Part shown: positions 31,986 through 42,970 of the stretch, one piece after another
Numbering within the stretch: the first letter of the stretch is position 1
Layout of the letters: each line of letters starts with the position of its first letter
Origin: Methanotrichaceae archaeon
Lineage (GTDB): Archaea > Halobacteriota > Methanosarcinia > Methanotrichales > Methanotrichaceae
Direction of reading: 5' to 3'
Assembly (NCBI GenBank): GCA_963803145.1
Contig: CAWDLW010000027.1
Location: 1 to 64,000, forward strand
DNA: 64,000 nt
Notes under the pieces: model-generated
The model's database searches: none
Told to the model about the DNA's origin: nothing
What the model saw: the letters and a program-made list of their open reading frames with translations, nothing else
Translations under genes and position numbers: made by a program

Positions 31986-32214
31986 AGAAGACGAGAGGGT
32001 TGTGCAAGGGATCAAGCCAGCTAGTGTACTTTTTGATTGCATATGGGCTATAAGGCTGGGGCGAGCACGGGGCAAGTGGATTTAGCTCTCGCTAAGCCTT
32101 CTCCATCATCCTTCCATAGTATTCATCATCGAAGGCTATTTGAATTCTAATTAATCTCTTAGATACTGTAATCATTGAGCTAATCTTAGACCTGCGTTTC
32201 CGCGCCAAGGATAT

Positions 32215-33720
32215 TTGGAGTTGAGTAAGATCATGAAGGAGCAGACCGATGTGATGGCAGAAGAGACAGCAGAAGAGACACTTGATCCAGAAGATTGGGA
32301 GTCCATGCGAGCACTGGGCCATCGCATGCTAGATGATATGATGGACTATTTGGAGACATTGCGAGATCGCCCTGTCTGGCAGCATGCTCCGCTTAGTGTA
32401 AAGGAGCATTTCGAGGGGTTACCCCCTCTTGCGCCCCTGCCGCCAGAAGAGGTTTACCAAGAATACGTCCAGTATATACTTCCATATCAAATGGGCAATA
32501 GCCATCCACGATTCTGGGGTTGGGTACTCGGAACGGGAAATGTGATGGGGATGTTTGCAGATATGCTGGCATCTGCAACGGATGGTGTCAGTATAGGCTT
32601 TTCCTATAATAGTAACAACTATGTCGAGTTGCAGGTTCTTGACTGGTGCAAAACGATGCTTGGCTATCCTCTCACTGCCAGCGGTCTGCTTACCAGTGGC
32701 GGCTCCGCTTCAAACCTCATTGGACTCGCAGTCGCCCGTAACGCCAAAGCGGGTTTCGATCTACGGGGCAAGGGCATGCAAGCTGCACAGAAGCAGATGA
32801 TAATCTATTGTTCTGAGGAGGCTCACTACTCGATCCAAAAAGCAGTTGAGCTGCTTGGCTTTGGGAGCAATGCGCTCCATCAGGTGCCTGTAAACGAGTC
32901 AATGCAGATTGACCTTACGGCCTTAAAAGAAGCAATCAAGAACGATCGGGAGAACGGACTTTTACCTATCTGTATTGTTGGGGCAGCTGGAACAACCAAC
33001 ACTGGCTCCATTGATGATCTTGAGGGCCTCGCAGACATTTGCCATGAAGAGGACTTGTGGTTCCATGTAGATGGTGCATTCGGTGCATGGGCAGCCATCG
33101 CTCCCAAATCCAAGCAGCTCGTAGCTGGCATAGAAAAGGCTGATTCGTTGGCGTTTGATCTTCATAAGTGGATGTACCTATCTTACCCTATCGGCTGTGT
33201 CCTTATCAGAAATGCAGATGATCACCGGCGCGCGTTCTCTCTAACACCGATATATCTAGCGCACGGCGAAGGAGAACGTGGGCAGACAGGCATCGATGTG
33301 CCATGGTTCCCGGACTACGGTTTTGAACTATCACGTGGCTTCCAGGCTCTCAAGGCATGGATGACGATCAAAGAGCAGGGCACTGAAAAGTATGGGCGTC
33401 TCATACAACAGAATATCGACCAGGCGCATTATCTGGCTGGATTGGTCGAGACCTCTCCGGAACTTGAGATGGCATTACCAGTATCGCTGAACGTAGTTTG
33501 CTTCCGTTATACCCGACCTAACCTCGACGACAGTACGCTTGATAGTCTTAATAAGCAAATCGAGGTCGAGCTTCAGGAACGCGGGATTGCTGTGCCGTCC
33601 ATTGTCAATATCAAGGGCAAGAAGTATCTGCATGTAGCAATTACTAATCATCGCAGCCGCAGGAATGACTTTGACTTACTAGTGCAAGAAGTGATACGAA
33701 TCGGCAATGAGCTATCCTAA
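32215..33720 (+). CDS. Group II PLP-dependent amino acid decarboxylase
   Basis: HPRFWG, SGGSASN, AGTTNTG, HVDGAFG, DLHKW (PLP Lys). Confidence 0.92.
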   Translation: MELSKIMKEQTDVMAEETAEETLDPEDWESMRALGHRMLDDMMDYLETLRDRPVWQHAPLSVKEHFEGLPPLAPLPPEEVYQEYVQYILPYQMGNSHPRFWGWVLGTGNVMGMFADMLASATDGVSIGFSYNSNNYVELQVLDWCKTMLGYPLTASGLLTSGGSASNLIGLAVARNAKAGFDLRGKGMQAAQKQMIIYCSEEAHYSIQKAVELLGFGSNALHQVPVNESMQIDLTALKEAIKNDRENGLLPICIVGAAGTTNTGSIDDLEGLADICHEEDLWFHVDGAFGAWAAIAPKSKQLVAGIEKADSLAFDLHKWMYLSYPIGCVLIRNADDHRRAFSLTPIYLAHGEGERGQTGIDVPWFPDYGFELSRGFQALKAWMTIKEQGTEKYGRLIQQNIDQAHYLAGLVETSPELEMALPVSLNVVCFRYTRPNLDDSTLDSLNKQIEVELQERGIAVPSIVNIKGKKYLHVAITNHRSRRNDFDLLVQEVIRIGNELS

Positions 33721-33935
33721 TCTCCAAATACCTTGACTCGCCGCTTAAACTGTGGATGAAACGGATAGCGTAACTGTCCCTTTTTCCGAAAACAGAAGGC
33801 CAGACGTATGACCGGCCAGCCTAGATCCTATGGCCTTCAAAGACTCCATAGATGGTTCTGAGGTTAAAAATGTCAGAGATGTGTGCGGGGCGAATGGAAA
33901 CCTTCTGGATTCTCTAGTTGCTGGATACTGAGTAT

Positions 33936-36689
33936 CTAGGCATACTTCTTCAGGACTTCAGCCAGCTCTCCCAACTTCACGGGCTTAGCGATGTAGTCAT
34001 CCATGCCTGCCTCAAGACACTTTTCTCGATCGCCATCCATTGCAAATGCTGTGATAGCAATAACCTTCGGTCCATTGTCAGGCCAAAGCTTTCGTATCTC
34101 CCTTGTGGCAGTAAGTCCATCCATCTCTGGCATCTGTATATCCATGAATAGCAGGTCGTAAGGCCGGATTTGGAGAGCTTGCAGAACTTCACACCCATCT
34201 GCAACAGCATCCGGCCTGTAGCCCAACCGTTTCAGCATCTCAACGAGAACTCTCTGGTTTGAAGGATTATCTTCGGCTACAAGAATCGCCAGAGACTTTT
34301 GAGCCGAGAGATTCTCGTAGACAGCGGCTTTATCCTTCTCGCTTAAGTCCAGTTGCTTTCCTGGAATAGTCTCTGCCGGAATAGTGAATCTAAAGGTCGA
34401 GCCTTTTCCTTCTATGCTTTCAGCCCAGATCTCTCCTCCCATGAGTTCGACAAGCCTCTTGCTTATAGCCAATCCGAGTCCTGCGCCATCGCGTTTTCGG
34501 CTTATGTTATACTCTAGCTGTTCAAATGGCTGGAAGAGCCTGTCCATCTTATCCTGAGGCATGCCAATGCCCGTATCCATAACTTTAAAGGTTATTTGGC
34601 GCTTATTGCCTTCAAGGGATTTGGAGGAGACTGAAACTGATATATCCCCAGCGTCCGTAAACTTGACAGCGTTACTGAGCAAATTGGCCAGTATTTGCCT
34701 GAGCCTTCCAGGATCGCTTATAATAGTATCTGGAGTCCCGTAAGCGACGGTATAAGCGAGGTTCAAGCCCTTATTATTGGCCTGCGCTGCCACCATACCC
34801 ATAGACTCCTCAATGGAAGCCTTGAGGCTGAGAGGCTGATGTTCCAGCGTTATTTTCTCCTTCTCTGCCCTCGAAAACTCTAGAATATCGCTTATAAGGG
34901 CCAGAAGAGCTTCGCCGCCTGTTCTAATTCTCTCGATGTCCTCCTTCTGATCCTGAGTGAGGTTATCATCCAGGAGAAGGCTTGAGAAACCAATCACTGC
35001 ATTCAGGGGTGTTCGGAGTTCATGGCTCATATTTGCCAGGAACGCAGCTTTGGCCTCGACTGCAGCCTCGGCGGCTTCCTTGGCTTTTGTCAGATCTGCG
35101 GTCCTCTCCTGGACTCTCAGCTCAAGCTCGTCTCGTGCATGCCGAAGCTCCTCCTCCATAAGCTTGCGCTCTGTAATATCCGTGACCATTCCAAGAGCGC
35201 CCGCAAACTCACCGCTCTTATCTGTCAGTGGCGTAACACTTGAGATCGTCCAGAGAGGCGTGCCATCTTTCCGAATATATTTTACTTCCGGATTGCTTTT
35301 AATACCACGCTTGCGCTCTTTAAGTCTTAGCTCCGAAGCTGCCCTGTTTTCTTCATCCATAAAGTCAAAGGAGCATTTACCAATTATTTCTTCAGGCTCA
35401 AACCCCAACATCTTGGCTATCTTCTCATTAACGTAGGTTGTTCGAGCCTCCGCATCTATAATCCATATGCCCTCATTGGCTGTTTCTATGAAGGTACGGT
35501 ACTTCTTCTCACTCTCCCTTAAAGCCTCCTCTGCCAGCTTGCGCTCTGTGATTTCCGCCTGAAGCTGTGCGTTGGCATCTTCGAGTTCGTAGGTACGCTC
35601 TTGGACAAGCTCTTCGAGGTGTTTGCGGTATTTGTCCAGTTCGTTCTCAGCCCGCTTGCGTTCAGTTACATCGCGGGCTGCAGCGAATACCCCCAAGACT
35701 TTGCCTCGGATATCTTTGTAAACGCTGGCATTATAGAGAACGTCTGTAAGCCTTCCATCCTTATGTCGAATCTCCAGAGCATAATCGCGTACAAAGCCGT
35801 TTTCGAAAACCTGTTGATAGCAGGCGCGAGCTTTATCTGGTTCTGTGAAATAGTCTGAGAAATCTGTGCCGATAAGATCTCCTCGGCCGTAGCCCGTAAC
35901 GGCCTCAGTTGCAGCGTTCACATCGGTGATCTTTCCATCGGGGCCAATTGTCACCAATGGATCTAGGCGGACTTCAATCAAATTCTGGTTATAAGCACTC
36001 GCTGTCCTGAGTGATTCTTCTCCCTTCTTGCGCTTAGTTATATCGCTTACGGCAATCCTGCACTGTCTCCCATTTAGCTTGTGGCCTCTAGTAGACATAC
36101 CCTCGATTTGCGCATAGACTGTAGGCACTTCATTCCTGAGAAGGCACAGTTCGCAGGTCTGTCTGGTAGAAGTCTCAAGCGCTTTATTATAGAAAGAATC
36201 AAAGGATAGACGATCCTCCGGTGCAATAAACAGTCCAAAATGTTTGTTCAATAGGTTGCGCTTTTCCACTCCGAGAAGTTCAGCCCCAGCAACGTTGACC
36301 TCAAGGATATGCCTCTTCTCATCGAGGGTGAACAATCCTATGGGAGAGAAGTCATAAAGATCGGAGTACCTTTCCAGTGCAATCTCTGTCTCAAGCTTTA
36401 ATCGCTTCAGCTCTTCATTCTGCATCTTTAGCTCAATTTGGTGTACCTGCAGCTCCTGTACCAATGCTAGAGCATCTGTGCTTGCCTTCGCAGGCTCAAT
36501 GGATTCCTCATTATGCTGCGTAAGCTCCTCACCTGCAGACGATAGCTCCTCAATGCTGGCCTGAAGACTCTCCAAGGCATCGGATAGGACTTCGGGCGCA
36601 TTTGCTGGATCGCTCACACACTTTGTCTGGAGTTCATCTAAACGCTCGGAAAGCTCGGAGACCTTTTGGGAGAGGTTATCAGCGGTCAT
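33936..36689 (-). CDS. PAS hybrid sensor histidine kinase/response regulator
   Basis: Three PAS domains, FLANMSHELRTP, HATPase, receiver. Confidence 0.93.
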   Translation of the reverse strand: MTADNLSQKVSELSERLDELQTKCVSDPANAPEVLSDALESLQASIEELSSAGEELTQHNEESIEPAKASTDALALVQELQVHQIELKMQNEELKRLKLETEIALERYSDLYDFSPIGLFTLDEKRHILEVNVAGAELLGVEKRNLLNKHFGLFIAPEDRLSFDSFYNKALETSTRQTCELCLLRNEVPTVYAQIEGMSTRGHKLNGRQCRIAVSDITKRKKGEESLRTASAYNQNLIEVRLDPLVTIGPDGKITDVNAATEAVTGYGRGDLIGTDFSDYFTEPDKARACYQQVFENGFVRDYALEIRHKDGRLTDVLYNASVYKDIRGKVLGVFAAARDVTERKRAENELDKYRKHLEELVQERTYELEDANAQLQAEITERKLAEEALRESEKKYRTFIETANEGIWIIDAEARTTYVNEKIAKMLGFEPEEIIGKCSFDFMDEENRAASELRLKERKRGIKSNPEVKYIRKDGTPLWTISSVTPLTDKSGEFAGALGMVTDITERKLMEEELRHARDELELRVQERTADLTKAKEAAEAAVEAKAAFLANMSHELRTPLNAVIGFSSLLLDDNLTQDQKEDIERIRTGGEALLALISDILEFSRAEKEKITLEHQPLSLKASIEESMGMVAAQANNKGLNLAYTVAYGTPDTIISDPGRLRQILANLLSNAVKFTDAGDISVSVSSKSLEGNKRQITFKVMDTGIGMPQDKMDRLFQPFEQLEYNISRKRDGAGLGLAISKRLVELMGGEIWAESIEGKGSTFRFTIPAETIPGKQLDLSEKDKAAVYENLSAQKSLAILVAEDNPSNQRVLVEMLKRLGYRPDAVADGCEVLQALQIRPYDLLFMDIQMPEMDGLTATREIRKLWPDNGPKVIAITAFAMDGDREKCLEAGMDDYIAKPVKLGELAEVLKKYA

Positions 36690-37211
36690 ACTCTACCTGG
36701 CCTAGACTGCCATAGATAATCGCGTTTTACTATCTATAATTTCCCTTCGGCTATTGTTATTGGCCGGTAACAGATTATGAGAAGCCTAAGAGATTTAACA
36801 ATCACCATCATCTTTCGAGGGCATTTGTTCCACAACCCAATTCTTTTCTCAAAGCCTGCAGCAAACCATAACATCAATAATAGCTCGAAATCCATGCCTT
36901 AGAGTCAGCATTAACAGAACTTAAGGCCAAGGCGAGAGCATGGCGAAAGTGAGAATTGTTGAGGCATGATTATTGCTGGGGCATTGCGAGTATCAACTTC
37001 AAGGAGAAAACGCCATGCAATGGCTCAAAAGCTGTTAAATACGAGTATCAGCGAGTATCAAAAAACCTCCCATAAAACACAGCATCGAATCCCAGACGCC
37101 TCCCCTTATCCTGCCCCAATTCCACATCTTCTGACAGCCATCATAATGTAGCTTATTGCTGGGCAGGATGGCCTCCTTTTACCCACGTCTACCCTACCCA
37201 AACTCCAAGTT

Positions 37212-37643
37212 TCAAAAATCGTCTTCATATTTCTCAGCACCCAACCTTAGTGCCTCTTCGACCGCAGCCAGGTCATTCATGAGAAATATTCTTTCATTTG
37301 GAGTCTCGGCGTAAGCCACTGAATTCTTCAGTACCTGTGCATACTTGCTGAACTTGTCCAGCTTAACGATAAAAGGCTTCAAATCCTCTATTAGCTCATA
37401 ATCGTAACCCTCACGCTCCAAGATTTTCAAAGCCTCATTTCTTGCGCCGAATGACTTGAACTCGAAGCGATATTTGTCTTTATCATAATATTCCGCCAAC
37501 GCCCTGAAAGTCTCTTTATCCTCAAAAAAGTACTTGAATACCCATAACTTGCCTATCTTGAAGAGGGTGATGAATTTTCTCCGTTGGGTAACATCAGAGG
37601 TTGGAAATTCGAGCGGATTTTGAAGGGTTTCTTTATTAGGCAT
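37212..37643 (-). CDS. Hypothetical protein
   Basis: 143-aa ORF with protein-like composition; co-oriented with the upstream gene. Confidence 0.75.
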   Translation of the reverse strand: MPNKETLQNPLEFPTSDVTQRRKFITLFKIGKLWVFKYFFEDKETFRALAEYYDKDKYRFEFKSFGARNEALKILEREGYDYELIEDLKPFIVKLDKFSKYAQVLKNSVAYAETPNERIFLMNDLAAVEEALRLGAEKYEDDF

Positions 37644-37707
37644 TCGAGCGAGGCTCCATTGAAGAGTTTGTAGTTAATGATCGCTATTAAAGCGGATTAA
37701 ACTTACG

Positions 37708-38187
37708 TTAGATAGCGGCCAAGCTTTTTGCAATAATTCTTGCGTCAGCCTTCGGTCCTTCATCGAAGTGGAATACTCGATCCGCAATTGCAGCAAGCTC
37801 TTCAAGGTAGGGATCGGCACCAGGCGCATAGAGCAGCACAGCCGCCTCATTCGAAGCTTCTCTCATAGCCTGGGAGATGTATTCCGTCATCTCTTGGGCA
37901 TCCTCGTAGAGCAGGGGGTCATGCTCTATTATCACAATTGTATGGCGGTTCTCCCCGAGGATTGTCATGAGCTGAAAGACGGTGAAGGCCCGGCGAACCT
38001 CTAAGGCCTCGAACCTGCGGTCCAGGCTGCTGAGGATCGAGGAATAATTCCCGCAGACATAGATCACCTTGAACCTCTGCAGGTTGAGGTTGCGATTGAG
38101 GGCCTGGATGAACATCTCCCTTGGGGCTAGGAGGGCGTTGAAGGACCTGGATCTGAGGGTTATTGTGGGGTATAACTCAAAGTCCAT
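37708..38187 (-). CDS. Hypothetical protein, possibly degenerate RadA/Rad51-like P-loop fold
   Basis: VIYVCGN, EVRRAFTVFQL, IIIEHD motifs; no Walker A; decayed second copy at 40.8-41.1 kb. Confidence 0.65.
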   Translation of the reverse strand: MDFELYPTITLRSRSFNALLAPREMFIQALNRNLNLQRFKVIYVCGNYSSILSSLDRRFEALEVRRAFTVFQLMTILGENRHTIVIIEHDPLLYEDAQEMTEYISQAMREASNEAAVLLYAPGADPYLEELAAIADRVFHFDEGPKADARIIAKSLAAI

Positions 38188-38235
38188 ACAAAGAGTGGGA
38201 TACTTCAGGGATTAAAGGACGAGGATTTTGAATAA

Positions 38236-38391
38236 ATGGTTGCGGAAGTGTCTGCAATGGAAAAGGAAGAGCTCATTCGTATCCTAAATGATGACTTTGT
38301 TGCGGAATTAGAGGCTACGATGGTCTATACGAGAAACTCGTTCGTAATGAAGGACTGCGATCCTAGCCGGGTCACTGAATGCTCTAGTTGA
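38236..38391 (+). pseudogene. Truncated ferritin-like (bacterioferritin-type) protein
   Basis: MEKEELIRILNDDFVAELEATMVY.. ends before the expected ExxH motif. Confidence 0.6.
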
Positions 38392-38469
38392 TTCGGTTAC
38401 AAGGGAAATTCTCTTATATTTTCTATAGTAATTCACATAGATTATAGATCCTTGGAGATGATTTGAGCT

Positions 38470-39912
38470 ATGAAAGAACAAATGACAACAAATCAAGGTC
38501 ATCCAATAATAAACGATGACAGCTCGCTAACAATCGGCAATCGTGGTCCTACATTGTTACAGGACTTCCAGTTCATCGAGAAGATCGCCCACTTTGATAG
38601 GGAGCGCATTCCAGAGAGGGTCGTGCATGCAAAGGGTGCTGGAGCTTTTGGCTATTTTCAGGTCTATAAGTCTATGGCCAAATATACAAAGGCCAAATTT
38701 TTGCAAGACCCAGCCAAACAAACTCCTGTCTTTGTAAGGTTCTCAACTGTTGCAGGAGGCAGAGGTTCGGCTGACACTGTGAGAGATGTAAGAGGATTTG
38801 CAACCAAGTTCTACACAGAAGAGGGTAACTACGATATCGTGGGCAATGACATTCCCGTATTCTTCATCAGAGATGCCATGAAGTTTCCAGATCTTGTACA
38901 TTCCGTAAAAGCCGAGCCCCATAACAACATACCTTCATCTTCAACTGGCCACAACAACTTCTGGGATTTCGTGTCCTTGACCCCTGAGTCGACTCATATG
39001 CTTACATGGGTATTCTCTGATCGTGGAACTCCGGCAAGCTACAGAATGATGGAAGGTTTTGGAGTTAATACATACAAATGGGTGAACAGTGACGGTAAGG
39101 CTATCTATATCAAATATCACTGGAAGCCAAAGCTAGGTGTAAAAAACTTCGATCGCCAAGATGTTACCCGGATTGCTGGCGAAGACCCAGATTATCTCAC
39201 GCGCGATCTTTGGGATGCCATAGCTAGAGGCGAATTTGTTGAGTACGAACTGAACGTCCAGATAATGGAGATATCTGATGAGCTCAACCAGACCTTTGAC
39301 CCCCTCGACCCGACGAAAACCTGGCCGGAGGATAAGTTCCCATTAATGCCTGTGGGAAAGATGATCCTCAATCGCAACCCAGATAACTTCTTCACCCAGG
39401 TTGAGCAGGCGGCATTCTGCCCGGCCAATCTCGTTCATGGTGTTGAGTTTTCGGATGACAAGCTGCTTCAGGGCAGGACCTTCTCTTATGTGGACACTCA
39501 GCGTTATCGTCTGGGAGCCAACTTCCATGAGCTGCCCACAAATAGGCCGCTTGCGCCTGTGGCCAATAACCAGCGCGATGGTGCCATGCAATTTGAGGTA
39601 TTCAAGGGCAAAGTCAACTTCGGACCGAGCAGCCAGGGAGGTCCCCAGACCGCTGCTCAAGATGGTACTCCATACAAGCCATTTATCCAGGGGAACATAA
39701 TCCGCGAGAAGATCTTCAAAACAAATGACTTCTTCCAGGCTGGAGAGAGGTATCGAACATTAAACAAGACGGAACAGGAACATCTGGCTGGTAACCTTGT
39801 AGCCGATCTGAGCCATGTCACCGATTCTGCCATTCAAAAACATGCAATCGAAAATTTGCGACAGGCAGATGAGAATTTGGCGGCATCTGTAGCAAGAGGA
39901 TTGGGCCTTTAA
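38470..39912 (+). CDS. kat: Monofunctional small-subunit heme catalase
   Basis: FDRERIPERVVHAKGAG, VRFSTV, VGND, RTFSYVDTQ. Confidence 0.97.
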   Translation: MKEQMTTNQGHPIINDDSSLTIGNRGPTLLQDFQFIEKIAHFDRERIPERVVHAKGAGAFGYFQVYKSMAKYTKAKFLQDPAKQTPVFVRFSTVAGGRGSADTVRDVRGFATKFYTEEGNYDIVGNDIPVFFIRDAMKFPDLVHSVKAEPHNNIPSSSTGHNNFWDFVSLTPESTHMLTWVFSDRGTPASYRMMEGFGVNTYKWVNSDGKAIYIKYHWKPKLGVKNFDRQDVTRIAGEDPDYLTRDLWDAIARGEFVEYELNVQIMEISDELNQTFDPLDPTKTWPEDKFPLMPVGKMILNRNPDNFFTQVEQAAFCPANLVHGVEFSDDKLLQGRTFSYVDTQRYRLGANFHELPTNRPLAPVANNQRDGAMQFEVFKGKVNFGPSSQGGPQTAAQDGTPYKPFIQGNIIREKIFKTNDFFQAGERYRTLNKTEQEHLAGNLVADLSHVTDSAIQKHAIENLRQADENLAASVARGLGL

Positions 39913-40076
39913 AGTAAGTGTGGAGGCTGACTAAGCTTGGCTGATTTCCGAATCGGCTCAGGTCGGTCAGCTTATTTTCAATTTGTGTGGTTGGCGTAAT
40001 CGCTGGCAAAGACTTCGAAATGATCTCAAAATGATAGAAGAATAAAAGGATAGGCGATGTTAGAAATGGTGAGAAA

Positions 40077-40655
40077 ATGAAGAGCTTAAAAGGCACAAAG
40101 ACTGAGAAAAATATATTGTTATCCTTTGCTGGGGAATCACAGGCGAGGAATAGATACTCATATTTTGCCTCACAGGCAAAAAAAGAAGGCTATGAGCAGA
40201 TAGCAGCAATATTCCTCGACACAGCCGACAATGAAAAGGAGCATGCCAAGGTGTTCTTCAATCTTCTTGAAGGCGGAGAACCCTTACAGATCTCTGGTGC
40301 TTTTCCAGCCGGAGTTATAGGTGATACAAAGGCCAATCTGAAGGCCGCTGCAGAAGGTGAGATGCTCGAGAATACCAAGATGTACCCTGGTTTTTCAGGC
40401 ATCGCCGATGATGAGGGCTTCCCAGAGATCGCCAGGACCTTCGATCTTATATCCAGCGTCGAGAAAGGGCACGAGAAACGATATCGATCACTTCTCAAGA
40501 ACGTAGAGGAAGGCACAGTCTTCAAGAAGAGCGGGAAAGTTTTCTGGAGATGCCGAAACTGCGGATACATTCACGAGGGCAACGAGGCCCCGGAGGAGTG
40601 TCCAGCCTGTCAGCATCCCAGGGCGTACTACGAGTTATTGGGCGAGAATTACTAG
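40077..40655 (+). CDS. rbr: Rubrerythrin
   Basis: FAGESQARNRY, EKEH, EKGH, WRCRNCGY..CPACQHP. Confidence 0.96.
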   Translation: MKSLKGTKTEKNILLSFAGESQARNRYSYFASQAKKEGYEQIAAIFLDTADNEKEHAKVFFNLLEGGEPLQISGAFPAGVIGDTKANLKAAAEGEMLENTKMYPGFSGIADDEGFPEIARTFDLISSVEKGHEKRYRSLLKNVEEGTVFKKSGKVFWRCRNCGYIHEGNEAPEECPACQHPRAYYELLGENY

Positions 40656-40789
40656 AGAGAAAGAGCCGACATGAAGGATCGGCCTATTTTATTTTTTGGA
40701 GCTATTAAAATCGGGTATCATAGTTGATTATAGCCAGTAATCTCCCACAAGCAAGTAGATTTTATCCCTAGATGGATCTATGCCGACTT

Positions 40790-41106
40790 CGCCTCTTTCC
40801 AGCAGGATCATGCAGGTATTTGCACCTCACCGTCCTTCAAAGCCTCCCTCATGGACAGGGAAATATATTCCGTCATTTCCTGGGCATATCTTTCATAGAG
40901 CTGGGGCTATGCTCTATTATCACAATCGTATGGCGGTTCTCCTCAAGGATAGTCATGAGCTGAAATACTGTGAAGGCCGGCGAACATCAAGGGCCTCGAA
41001 TCGGCGATCAAGGCTGCTGAGGATTGAGGAATAGTTCCCGCAGATGTATCATCTTGAACCTCTGTAGATTGAGGTTGCGGTTGAGGGCCTGGATGAACAT
41101 CTCCCT
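40790..41106 (-). pseudogene. Decayed duplicate of 37708-38187
   Basis: Aligns to about 37800-38120, e.g. ttgagggcctggatgaacatctccctt; several indels. Confidence 0.85.
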
Positions 41107-41194
41107 TAATCGATTAAATGGCTAGGGATATGTGTAGGGTGAATGTAAGAAATAAAGAATTCACATTCTATAACTCACATCGCTTCTTCAAGAT

Positions 41195-41941
41195 TTGTCT
41201 GCAGTCCGCCTATCGGAACACAATATTTATGCACTTACACTCAATTGGTATTCACAAATGAGCAGAACACAAGGCTACAACATTTCAAAAGATCCCCAAG
41301 TAGTGGCCCTAGCTGTCGTTTTCTTGTTATTTGCCCTTGCTTTGTTGCAGCACCATTTTATCTTCCCTGAGCACTGGTTTCCATCCCAATTTGTATCTTC
41401 GGCTTTTACGCTCCTTTTTTGCATATGGATTTTAAGTGAAATCGCAAATTCCATCTGGAGCAGGAAGAATTCGAGTACAACAAATCAAGATAAAGGTTCC
41501 TTTTGGGTTGTTATTGCAGCATCTTGGTCAACAATCTTTGTTGTTTTCATAATTCGCAGCTACGAGATTGGAACATTCAGCGGAAATGTGCAATATGTTG
41601 GGCTAGTTCTGCTTACTGCTGGGATTGTGCTCCGCGAATGGGCAGTCATGGTCCTTGGAAAGCATTTTACTGTGAGGGTACAAGTTCATGAAAAGGCAAA
41701 ACTTGTAACGCAGGGTCCATACAATTATATTCGGCACCCATCATACACAGGCAGCCTGTTAATTTTTATAGGGCTATCTCTGGCGGTTGGATCCTGGCTT
41801 GGCACGCTTTTAGCTCTTGCTGTAAATTTGATCGCTTATAAATATCGCATTCGAGTTGAAGAAGAGGCACTACAAGAGGCTTTTGGCTCCGATTACGAAG
41901 AGTACAAAAAAAGAACTTGGAAATTATTTCCAGGATCATAA
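41195..41941 (+). CDS. Isoprenylcysteine carboxyl methyltransferase-family membrane protein
   Basis: LVTQGPYNYIRHPSY, RIRVEEEAL..FG..YEEY; likely start Met at 41258. Confidence 0.88.
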   Translation: MSAVRLSEHNIYALTLNWYSQMSRTQGYNISKDPQVVALAVVFLLFALALLQHHFIFPEHWFPSQFVSSAFTLLFCIWILSEIANSIWSRKNSSTTNQDKGSFWVVIAASWSTIFVVFIIRSYEIGTFSGNVQYVGLVLLTAGIVLREWAVMVLGKHFTVRVQVHEKAKLVTQGPYNYIRHPSYTGSLLIFIGLSLAVGSWLGTLLALAVNLIAYKYRIRVEEEALQEAFGSDYEEYKKRTWKLFPGS

Positions 41942-41968
41942 CGTTTGCAATAATATCAGGGATAGGAT

Positions 41969-42559
41969 CTACTCAAAAACAGCATCATAGTCTTTCAGCA
42001 GGGCTTTGATCACATCAGGATAGACCTCACCGCTGATCGGTGCAAATGCACTCTTCCTGTAACCGCCGATCCCTGCTCGCTCCATATCTCCTTTGATCCA
42101 TTCCTCATGCGTGACTTGATCTAGACCCAACTCGCGAACAGCTATGCGATATAGGCTTGCAGCAAGCAGTTTTGCAGATATCGCCGAAATTTGGGCAGAT
42201 ACATATACAGGGCTTACGAAGAAGCTCGACTTCGGCTTCAATAGTTGATCCAAAACAGCATGCAGTATTTCATAGCCTGCCCTTTTATCGAAGCCTCCTG
42301 CACAAAGGCAATAAACATCAAGCTCGACCAGGGCAAAGCGGCTCCTTGGAGTATTGATCATAATAGCAACATAGGGACGAGCATGCGCAGAACACCAATC
42401 CCAATACTGGTTCGAGACATGGCGATTGAACATCCTGATCACATGGCGCGCTGTAATTGCCTCTTCTAAAGTTTCATGCGGTTTTAGCACATATTGATGA
42501 TAGCCGGCATCCTTTAAGTTCATTGCTTTTAGGATGAAAGCAGGGCTAATCAGTGACAA
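41969..42559 (-). CDS. Hypothetical protein
   Basis: 196-aa ORF, no motif recognised. Confidence 0.6.
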   Translation of the reverse strand: MSLISPAFILKAMNLKDAGYHQYVLKPHETLEEAITARHVIRMFNRHVSNQYWDWCSAHARPYVAIMINTPRSRFALVELDVYCLCAGGFDKRAGYEILHAVLDQLLKPKSSFFVSPVYVSAQISAISAKLLAASLYRIAVRELGLDQVTHEEWIKGDMERAGIGGYRKSAFAPISGEVYPDVIKALLKDYDAVFE

Positions 42560-42659
42560 ATATACTTCCTACAGAATAGATTTTCATGGGATATACCAGG
42601 AATAAATTAATATAATCAAATATACGTTATGTTCGTATATCTTATCTTGAGGTAGCACT

Positions 42660-42938
42660 ATGGCTGAAAGGGTATCAAGAAATTTTGCCCTCCGAGATGC
42701 TAAGGGTAACGAGATTGGTGTATTTGCAGGAAAATCGCCCAGGCAGGCTGCACTGAAGGCTGCAAATAGGGGCCATACAGATATCAAATTGAGAGAGCGA
42801 GGAACAAAGAAAGTCCATATATTCACCGGTGAGCGGAAGCAAATTAAAAAGCCTGCTAACGCCCCTGCATGGATGCCTGCAAAGATTTGGAAACCTAATG
42901 TCAAAAAGGTAGGTACCGAAAAGCTAACGGAAATTTAG
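42660..42938 (+). CDS. Non-histone chromosomal protein MC1
   Basis: RNFALRD..GNEIGVFAGKSPRQAALKAANRG..IKLRERGTKKVHIF..PAWMP..KPNVKK. Confidence 0.95.
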   Translation: MAERVSRNFALRDAKGNEIGVFAGKSPRQAALKAANRGHTDIKLRERGTKKVHIFTGERKQIKKPANAPAWMPAKIWKPNVKKVGTEKLTEI

Positions 42939-42970
42939 CGTCAGACTGATCAACAAAGCTAAAAGATTCA

